A stretch of DNA of 64,000 nucleotides from NCBI GenBank assembly GCA_937990655.1, contig CALKQX010000034.1:184-64183 (forward strand). Reading direction: 5' to 3'. The notes beneath the pieces are model-generated. The model had not been told where the DNA came from. It saw nothing but the letters and a program-made list of their open reading frames with translations, and ran no database searches. The position numbers and the translations under genes were made by a program. The stretch is from an uncultured Stomatobaculum sp. Its GTDB lineage: Bacteria; Bacillota; Clostridia; Lachnospirales; Lachnospiraceae. This document shows positions 55,391 through 63,366 of the stretch, piece after piece. Every line of letters begins with the position of its first letter. Positions within the stretch are counted from its first letter, which is position 1.

Positions 55391-55954
55391 TTACTTCTTT
55401 ACCGTGAAATATCCCAGGTCATCAGTCTTGATCCGCCACAGATCATCCATCTTGCGTGCCTCCGCCAGCAAGGCCGGATAAGCTTCCTGCCGGAAGACGT
55501 TCATGTCCGCCACCTGATTCCGAAGATCCAGGACGAGCTTCTTCACTTCCGGATCGACCGTGACGTGATGCACAAAATCCAGGCGTGACACGGTATGGCC
55601 GCAGGAGTCACTTCCGAAAGCAGCAAGGATCTTCCTCCTGGCAAAGCCTCTCCAGGGAAGATCTCCGCATACCTTCCCAGTCCTCTCCAGATAATCCTTC
55701 TCCATCTGCTGGATGTTTGCTTCCGTTTCGAGCCGGATCTCCTGGATAAGCTCTGTGAATTCGTCAGCAGTGATCCCAGCGCTGTTGATCAGATCCATGA
55801 GGGTCATAAGGATGGCTCCGGTCAGGTCGCCCTCGCACATTGAAGCGGCAATCTTTAGATTGCATGAGGTGGCCGTCTTATCTGGCTGCCCGAAAGCGAA
55901 AAGCGCGTTCTTCTGGGTCTCGGTGAGCGTGTTGATGTTTACATACTGGTTCAT
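55391..55954 (-). CDS. Hypothetical protein (mobile-element associated)
   Basis: 187-aa ORF with a plausible RBS. No family recognised with confidence. Confidence 0.45.
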   Translation of the reverse strand: MNQYVNINTLTETQKNALFAFGQPDKTATSCNLKIAASMCEGDLTGAILMTLMDLINSAGITADEFTELIQEIRLETEANIQQMEKDYLERTGKVCGDLPWRGFARRKILAAFGSDSCGHTVSRLDFVHHVTVDPEVKKLVLDLRNQVADMNVFRQEAYPALLAEARKMDDLWRIKTDDLGYFTVKK

Positions 55955-56001
55955 AGTTTTACCTGCCTTTCATAAAAATGATGTGATTGTTTTCCCATAT
56001 C

Positions 56002-56032
56002 AAAAGCCGCCTTTCAGTGGGTGAAAGACGGC
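56002..56032 (-). terminator. Hairpin terminator after the recombinase/small-membrane-protein unit
   Basis: GCCGCCTTTCA-loop-TGAAAGACGGC with a T-run on the minus strand. Confidence 0.5.
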
Positions 56033-56077
56033 TCTGATATGTAATGCCTGGCGGCGTTCTCTATTCTGTTTTGCGAC

Positions 56078-56362
56078 TCATAACCTGATAAAATCGCTCA
56101 AAGCTCTGCGCAGGAGAGCGATCCTCTCTGTCAGCCAATCCCCGATATGAGGGATCAGGAAGAGTACAAACGCAGCGCTCATCAGTTTCAGGAAGTCCGT
56201 GCCGGATGCCAGTCCGAACATTAGACTGGCAATTCCGGTTGCGGCGAAAAGGAAGGAGAGGATGCCGAATATCGCTCCTGAAATGCCGTTCAGGAAGATG
56301 GTGATCCACTGGAGCAAAACCGCCACCGGCATTACCGGAAGCAATACAATCTTTGCAATCAT
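56078..56362 (-). CDS. Small two/three-TM membrane protein
   Basis: Inside track ORF 56078..56548. ATG 56362 abuts the recombinase stop. MIAKIVLLPVMPVAVLLQWITIFLNGISGAIFGILSFLFAATGIASLMF. Confidence 0.5.
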   Translation of the reverse strand: MIAKIVLLPVMPVAVLLQWITIFLNGISGAIFGILSFLFAATGIASLMFGLASGTDFLKLMSAAFVLFLIPHIGDWLTERIALLRRALSDFIRL

Positions 56363-56363
56363 T

Positions 56364-58850
56364 TTAAACAGCTTCACGTTCGGCCACCTCCTTCTTTTTC
56401 TGGTAATAATCCCTGAGGTAATCACGGTTGTATTCCTGCTGGGTGATGAGCTTGAAGGCAGCCTCCGAAACACCTTCCTCAGCAAGTTTCCGGAGATTCT
56501 CGTTATACCGGTTTGTGGCCTCCAGACCTCGGCTGCGTTTTTCGGCAAGCTTTCTGGCAGCCTCCGGATCGGTCTCGGCGGCTTCCTTCAGCTCCGCGTA
56601 CCTCCGATTGGCATCATCACGCTTTTTCTGTTTCTTAGCTTCCAGCTTTCTGGCGGCATTGGGATCGGTCTTTGCCTGCTCCTCCAGTTTCTTCCGGCTT
56701 TTGGTTGATGCCGCCACACCATATGCTCTCATTTTGGCAAGCTTCCGAGCAGCCTCTTCATCCCCTTCGGCGGCAAGGCGCTTCAGTTCATCTCTTTCAG
56801 CCTTTCTTTTTGCCGTCCGGCGTTTAGTGTACTCTTTCTTCCTGACGGCCTGTTCAGCTGCAAATTCCGGGTCTTCAGCTGTTCTTTTTTTCTTCTTTTC
56901 CGTACTTTTCTCCCGGCTTGCTGCTTCCCGCTCTAAGAGGGCTTCATATTGTTCGGCGGCCTCTGTGTCCGTCCTCGCGGCTTCCTTCAGGGCAGCACGG
57001 CGTGCGTTCGTGTTCCGGACATATTCCGCTTCCTTCTGCCTGCGGTGCTCGGCATATGCGGGATCATTGGCCTTTCGCTCCTTCTTGCGCTCTGCATTCC
57101 GTTTGTTGTCCCTGGCATGCTTCTCGCGTTTCTGCCGGAGGATCTCTGCCGCATCCGGATTATCGGCGGCAAGTGGTTCCAGTTCACGGATCTTCAGCTT
57201 CCGAAGCTTGGAAAGGCGCTTCCGCTTTTCACGCTCTGCCAGAATCTCCGGATCCACCTTGCCTGTCCGGTATTCGGCATTTCGTTTCCGGCTCAAGGCC
57301 AGCATCGCTTCATATTCGGCTGCGGCCTCCGGATCGGTCTTGGCCCGTTCCTTAAGGTCACGGCGGTGCTGATTGCGCCTTTCATTCTCTCGGATCTTGG
57401 CCTGACGTATCTTATCGTTCTTCTCATCCTCGATGGACTTCAGCCTGGCAGCTTCTTCCTCCGGATCAACGGTGGGGATATAGGAACCGATAAAGCTGAA
57501 GTAAATGTCGATCTGCTGCTCCCGGTTGTTCCCGCGACCGGTGCCGGCATGGACATCGATCCGCTCGATCAGGGCATAGAGCATGTCATCGGTGACTTCC
57601 TCGAAGCTGCGGTATTGCCGGATGAGAGAAGTGAAGCGTTCGATCCCGACCTTCTTCGGAGCCTTCTCCGCAGTCGGGGCTTCCAGCTCCGCGACGCGGC
57701 CTTCCACCTTGATCTGCTCCTCATCATATTGGGCCATGAGCTTCTGGAACTGCCTGTCCGGTATCAGTCCCTTCGCCTGATTTTCATAGAGTCCCTTGAT
57801 CAGAAGATCCAGCTCATCTACACGCCGTTTGGCGGCGGCAAGTTCCTTCTTCTGATCTTCGGATACCTGGTTATGGCTCTTGTTCCACTGTTCCAGGAGG
57901 CGGGCGGCGAAGGCTTCTTCATCCTGAAGGACATCTCTTGTGACCGCTCTCAGAGAATAGCGGATCGCCTCCTCCACGGTAGATGCCTTGATGAAATGAG
58001 ACGTACACTGGTAGTTCACATTCCGGTAATGGCTGCACTGGAAGGAACTCATGGAATCGAAGATGGTTCTGTTTTCGCAGTGCTCGGAGTCCGGTGCCGT
58101 GTAGGAAAGCCTCGCGCCGCAGTCCGCGCAGAACATCATGCCGGAAAGACGGTGTGTGGCACGGCCATTGGATAGCCGCCTCGGTCTGCGGTTGATGAGC
58201 TTCTGTGCTCTGTCCCAGGTTTCCTGATCGATGATCGCCTCATGGGTATCCGGGAAGAAGAACAGCTCGTCCTCGGTTGCCTTTCTGCGCTTCTTGGTCT
58301 TGAAATTCTCGGTGATCATCTTGCCCAGGACGGTATACCCCAGATATTCCTGACGTTCTAGGATATATTTCACGCTGGTGCTCGTCCAGCGGTACGGGTC
58401 ATTGTAGCTGTGGTTATGGCATTCCACGCCCTCATGGGTCTCAGCGTAGGCAGACGGAATCGGAATCCTTTCATCCGTCAGAGTCTGGGCGATGGTTCCC
58501 ATCGGGACGGCATCAGCTGCCATCTGGAAGATCCGCTTCACCACAGCTGCCGCTTCGGGATCCACATAGAAATTCTGCTTGTCGCCGGGCATCTTCTTAT
58601 AGCCATAGGGAACCGATCCGCTGCATCTTTGGCCGTTCTCCATACGGTTTCGGAAGACGGCACGGATCTTCTTGCTGGTGTCCTTGGCGTACCACTCGTT
58701 CATGATATTTAGGAACGGGATGAATTCGTTATCGGTCGGATTGTCGCTGTCAATATTATTGTTGACGGCAATGAAGCGGACACCCTTGTCCGGGAAAAGC
58801 ATTTCCGTATAGAAGCCCACCTGAAGATAGTTCCTGCCGAAGCGGCTCAT
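56364..58850 (-). pseudogene. Large serine recombinase, 5'-truncated (catalytic resolvase N-terminus missing)
   Basis: The ORF begins at MSRFGRNYLQVGFYTE, which in intact enzymes lies ~90 aa in, after the catalytic Ser. The recombinase and zinc-ribbon domains are present, followed by a ~370-aa K/R/E/A-rich repeat tail. The IS110 end abuts codon 1. Confidence 0.85.
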
Positions 58851-58866
58851 GCCCCCCTAATATAAT

Positions 58867-59116
58867 TGTGTAGTGGTTATACTCCTCAACAACCAGCTGA
58901 GGGTATAGTCCTCTCGTTGCTAAAGTTGTTAGAATGTAGTGGCATTGATTTGGACGGACACCTCCTTGGACCCAACGTCCGTAAATAAGTCTGTCTGCCA
59001 ACCACCCATTCGCAGCTGTTCGGTTTACGTAGATTGAACCGCGTAAAGTGCGTTCGCTTGATACCCAGGAGATTGAATAAGCAATGAAGAATGGTTGACC
59101 CACTGCAAATTTATCT
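58867..59116 (+). ncRNA. Candidate IS110 bridge (seek) RNA region
   Basis: Non-coding left end upstream of the transposase gene. It contains GTAAATAAGTCT (58981-58992), complementary to the right flank, an internal copy of the terminal word TGTAGTGG, and several hairpins. Confidence 0.35.
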
Positions 59117-59131
59117 TTGGAGGTATATCCT

Positions 59132-60348
59132 ATGTTGAACGCTGTCGGTATTGATGCTTCAAAAGGCCAAAGCACTATCTCAATCCTGCGTCCGGCAGGT
59201 GAAATTGTACGGAAGCTTTTCAATGTTGTTCATTCTGTCAAAGAGCTCTCGGAGCTGGTCTCCTTTGTCGGTAGTCTTGAAGGTGAGACCAGAGTCGTCA
59301 TGGAGACAACCGGCCATTATCATGAACCGATACTCAAGGCTTTCCTCGATTCAGGCATTTTGTCTCTGCCGTTAATCCTTCTCTTATCAAGCGTCATGAC
59401 AGTGATGAAAATCCACTTCGCAAGGTCAAGTCAGATCCTGCGGATGCCAGAAAAATCGCCAAGTATACCCTTGACAAGTGGGAGTATCTGCATCAGCATT
59501 CAGCTATGGATACTACTCGAACACAACTAAAAACATTGAATACGCAGTTTCATTTCTTTATGCAGCAGAAGGTCTCTTTGAAGAATAATCTTATTTCCCT
59601 TCTGGATCTGACTTATCCTAGCGCAAATGCTCTATTTGACAGCCCGGTCCGCTCTGATGGAAGTGAAAAATGGATTGATTACGTACATTCCTTCTGGCAT
59701 GTGGACTGTGTCCGTAAGATCGGTCTTAAAGCCTTCACAGAGCGCTATCAGAGCTTCTGCAAGCATCATGGCTATAACTTTCAGCCACGCAAACCAGAAG
59801 AGCTTTTTAACGCTTCCAGGGAACTTGTCGCTGTCGCTCCGAAAGATCCTGTTTATAAACAGATCATCCTCGGCAACATCGAGCAGCTGAACACGGTTTC
59901 CAAACAGATTGAAGAATTCCGCCACAAGATGAATGAGCTTGCATCTTCGCTTCCGGAATACCAGACTGTTATGTCCATGTACGGCGTCGGACCAACATAT
60001 GGACCTCAGCTTATGGCTGAGATCGGTGATATTTCGCGTTTTGATCATCGCTCTGCCATCACGGCCTTTGCAGGTGTGGACCCGGGAGTTAACCAGTCAG
60101 GGACGATGAACTATGAGAGCAATCGTGCTTCAAAGCACGAAGCACCCCGTCTTCGAAAAACTCTTTTCCAAATCATGACCACCTTACTTCAGCTAGCGCC
60201 TTCGGACAATCCGGTCTATCGCTTCATGATGAAAAAGAAATCAGAAGGAAAACCTTATCAGGTATACATGACCGCCGGAGCGAATAAGTATCTTCGCATC
60301 TACTACGGGAAAGTCAAAGAATACCTGGCCGCGGGGGCTGCTGAATAA
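59132..60348 (+). pseudogene. IS110-family transposase (DEDD N-terminal domain + C-terminal Ser domain), frameshifted
   Basis: Track ORFs 59117..59530 and 59506..60348 are the two halves (MLNAVGIDASKGQST...METTGHYHEP / ...VSAVNPSLIKRHDSDENPLRKVKSDPADARKIA...GVGPTYG...AGVDPGVNQSG). The frames join at the TTTT run at 59358-59361. Confidence 0.8.
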
Positions 60349-60459
60349 CAAATGTCTTTCCTATTTTCTCCGGTCAGCGAATCCGGTGGCCTTTTTTGTG
60401 ATATCTCCAATTCTGCCTACTGATTTTTCAAGTTTAGGCTTGACTTTTTATTAGTAGAC

Positions 60460-63366
60460 TTATTTACTACCCATGATTTCAAGCCCTTGCACCTTACCCG
60501 CACGTTTAATGTATGAAGAAGCAGAAGCCAAAACCTCTTGTATTTTATCCGGCATATCAACAGATCTGCTTAATGCAGGTTGCACAATTACGATATTGGC
60601 AACCATTTGTTTTGAAGTATCTCTGATAGCTTGTAAGCATTCTTTGTAATTGCCAACAACTGGCTGACAGTGACCAGCATTATGCCTACTAATCACCTTA
60701 TCTGCAAATTTTCCTCTTGTAGTCAGCCAAACGATGGACTTCACTGCTTGACCAGCTACTTCGTATACATCAGCGGTACTGGAATTAAAACGAGCAGCAC
60801 TTTTTTTCTTCACATGGTATAGCTTAATCGACAACTGCCTATCCGTTTCCTGAATAGCAATATAATCCGCAATTTCTCCCGCCCCATGGTCGTACAGAAT
60901 GTATTTGTTCTCTTTATCTTCTTTTAGTATTTCACATAGTGCGTCTTGTATTGAGATTTTTCCTTTATCCTTTGAATCTCCAAATTCAAGCCCTATGTCC
61001 GTTCCACGAGAATCCCAATCAATTCCAAGTATTGTATCCTTATCAAAGCTTATAATATCCGGATTACCTTTAAAGATCTCAAATCCCACTATCAGGTCAT
61101 TGTCAAATGTTTTTAACGAAACGGGATTATCTGTGAAATAATGTGCTAATTCATATTCCTCAGAGCCCATAGTTATAAAAAGGCTATTGTCTTTTGCTGT
61201 ATAAACGCCATCAGTGTCACAATAGAACATATCGGCAATATCATCATGGGCAACGGATAATGTTACTTTATTCTTTGTAGATCTAACGATCTTTAAATCG
61301 AAATCTGTCAGTCTTACAGCTATGGCAGAATTAGTTCTGCACTTTACAACCGGAGGTGAGGAATATGTTGCGTCTGAATAATCGGCAATAAACAATGTGT
61401 CCGGATATTCTGCCAACTTCTCTGCCATTGGGATATAGTCGTAATTTGTATTTGTCTTGACTCGGATACTGCTATCTACAATTTTCCTTCCAACTGCTTC
61501 AACCCATTGAATGTAGTCAGGAATGCTCTTATATTCGCTGCTCCAAACTTTTGATGCACTACTGTATCCAATCGTAATATTTTCTTCCTCTCCGCTTGAG
61601 ATATCCGTAGCCTTACAAAATACATGTCCGGCAGAATACATCTTACCAGTATTGGGATCTATGGCATCACTGACATCAGAACCAGCCATTATTCGATATG
61701 CCTCCCCCGATTCGTTAAACCTGTTTACCATACCGGAATTAAATATCTCGAATCCAGTCAAATTTCCAAGTACACGGTTCATTTCTGATTTCGGAATTTT
61801 GTCATAACTTTCACAAAATGCAGCAGCCAACTCATCATAAACAACTTCTGTATGCGATTGTGAGTAAATGTGAAGTAACCCAAGTTCCTTCTGATAATGG
61901 ATAAGATACAAGGAATACTGCTTGTTTATTTTATATTCAGCACTCATCCACAGCGGAGAAGCATACACAAGCCCTATACCAATGATTGTGTTATCTTCAA
62001 AGTTCCGATGAATTCTGCCTCCAACATTAAAGCTTTCTGGGAAGTCAGCATTTATGTTAAAGCCATGTACCTTATAGATTCGATCATGGCAATTCGGCAT
62101 TATTGACTGAAGCGGAATATTGTCTTCATCGATCTCATTTGCTTCTGTTCTGTAAGCCTTATAGTATTTCCTGTCACTTTGTTCTTTTTGGTTCTTGCCC
62201 TCACTCATATCGATAATCATTTCTTGCCAGACAGCATCACTGGAATATAAACGATTATTTTCTATCTCGAGTTCTTCATCGTTAGCCGCAATAAATTTTG
62301 CAGTCCCAATATTGTGGGCATTTGTACGTGCAAATCTTCCGATAAATTGTAATGTACTAGCCAGAGATTTGTGAGGCGCGTGTATAGCAGCAATCTTCAA
62401 ATTGGGAAAATCAAATCCCTCTCCGAGCATATCAACACAAATAATTCCATCAAGGGTATAATCCCTTAATTCTTGGATATACTGCTTTACCCTTGCATTG
62501 CTCATTGAGCTGTCAACTCTGCGAAGCTTTAGTGACGTGTTGTCCTTATATAATATTTCTAAAGCCTCTGCGTTCTTTTTCGTGTTAGTCCGAACCATCA
62601 AAAAGTGTTCAAGCCCTTCTTCACGATCTGCTTGAAGAACTTGCTCTGCTTTCTTTGCGATCTGAAAATCCTTGTCTCCGCACTCTGGGATGGAAATGTA
62701 TTGAATCTCTCCAAAAATACCATCTCTATATGCCAAAGACAGAGGATAGTCATAGACGATATCCCCCTTGATCTCTTTCTTATCAAGCCGAAAAGGAGTA
62801 GCCGTAAACAATACATGTGTCGCCGTTCCTAAATTAATCAGGATTTGCTGCCACGTCTTGGCAGGTGTATGATGTGCCTCATCCACTTCAACAAGAGTTA
62901 TCTTACTGACCGCCCATTCTGTTTCGCTTAATGACAATGCACATTGAGGGGTAGCAACGATTACATCCGCAGATTCAAGAGCCATTATCATTTCATCGTT
63001 GAACATATGCTCCATTTCAAAGACCACAGGCCTTTTCATAGCTTCTTTGAACACATTGGCTGTTCTCAGCGTTAAAAGTTCCTTAAAATCATCTGCAATT
63101 TGGCCTCTGACAAGAGTGCTGGGTGTCACCACAAGTACTTTATTCTTAGACAGAATGTATGGAGTAAGCATAAGAACAGCCGTTTTCCCAGCCCCAGTAG
63201 GCATAACAGTAATCGCCGCCTGCTTTGAGTTCATCGTGAAAAAGGACGCAATAGCATGCGCAGCACCCACTTGCGCATTTCTCAACCCCCGCTTCTTCGC
63301 AGAATCAAGAGGATATGTCACATTCTTATAATTTGACGAGAAATATTTCCCCATTGCATCCTCCAT
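60460..63366 (-). CDS. SF2 (ResIII/DEAH) helicase fused to a C-terminal PD-(D/E)xK-like domain
   Basis: MPTGAGKT (I), VDEAHH (II), TATPFR (III), QFIGRFAR (VI), a ~450-aa unassigned middle region and a C-terminal YDHGAGEIADYIAIQETDRQLSIKLYHVKK. The start may be ATG 63354. Confidence 0.8.
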   Translation of the reverse strand: MEDAMGKYFSSNYKNVTYPLDSAKKRGLRNAQVGAAHAIASFFTMNSKQAAITVMPTGAGKTAVLMLTPYILSKNKVLVVTPSTLVRGQIADDFKELLTLRTANVFKEAMKRPVVFEMEHMFNDEMIMALESADVIVATPQCALSLSETEWAVSKITLVEVDEAHHTPAKTWQQILINLGTATHVLFTATPFRLDKKEIKGDIVYDYPLSLAYRDGIFGEIQYISIPECGDKDFQIAKKAEQVLQADREEGLEHFLMVRTNTKKNAEALEILYKDNTSLKLRRVDSSMSNARVKQYIQELRDYTLDGIICVDMLGEGFDFPNLKIAAIHAPHKSLASTLQFIGRFARTNAHNIGTAKFIAANDEELEIENNRLYSSDAVWQEMIIDMSEGKNQKEQSDRKYYKAYRTEANEIDEDNIPLQSIMPNCHDRIYKVHGFNINADFPESFNVGGRIHRNFEDNTIIGIGLVYASPLWMSAEYKINKQYSLYLIHYQKELGLLHIYSQSHTEVVYDELAAAFCESYDKIPKSEMNRVLGNLTGFEIFNSGMVNRFNESGEAYRIMAGSDVSDAIDPNTGKMYSAGHVFCKATDISSGEEENITIGYSSASKVWSSEYKSIPDYIQWVEAVGRKIVDSSIRVKTNTNYDYIPMAEKLAEYPDTLFIADYSDATYSSPPVVKCRTNSAIAVRLTDFDLKIVRSTKNKVTLSVAHDDIADMFYCDTDGVYTAKDNSLFITMGSEEYELAHYFTDNPVSLKTFDNDLIVGFEIFKGNPDIISFDKDTILGIDWDSRGTDIGLEFGDSKDKGKISIQDALCEILKEDKENKYILYDHGAGEIADYIAIQETDRQLSIKLYHVKKKSAARFNSSTADVYEVAGQAVKSIVWLTTRGKFADKVISRHNAGHCQPVVGNYKECLQAIRDTSKQMVANIVIVQPALSRSVDMPDKIQEVLASASSYIKRAGKVQGLEIMGSK

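Larger units (their letters stand above)
45245..58850 (-). mobile_element. Decayed integrative mobilizable element (serine-recombinase type) carrying a defence operon
   Basis: Contiguous minus-strand set: truncated DUF3991/Toprim, MobQ relaxase, oriT-like hairpin, DUF3847, cargo operon, two element-type hypotheticals, a small membrane protein and a large serine recombinase lacking its catalytic N-terminus. Exact ends are not defined. Confidence 0.6.
58851..60456 (+). mobile_element. IS110-family insertion sequence (ends approximate)
   Basis: A ~280-nt non-coding left end, an IS110-type transposase gene and a ~100-nt right end. It sits between the broken recombinase gene and the stop codon of the helicase gene. 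Confidence 0.75.

Noticed and set aside
56364-57490. The periodic DNA of the recombinase tail, considered as a CRISPR-like or tandem non-coding repeat.
   Set aside because: The repeats are diverged at the DNA level, lie in one long open frame continuous with recombinase domains, and have no spacer/repeat regularity.
56428-58175. Plus-strand ORFs 56428..57372 (314 aa, Ser/Ala/Phe-rich) and 56949..58175 (408 aa) opposite the serine recombinase.
   Set aside because: They are a mirror image of the K/R/E/A-rich repeat tail of the recombinase, so they are a compositional artefact and not genes.
58756-59223. 155-aa minus-strand ORF crossing the recombinase/IS110 junction.
   Set aside because: It spans two unrelated sequence blocks (the non-coding left end of the IS and the recombinase 5' region) and has no RBS. 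The region is better explained as the IS110 non-coding end.
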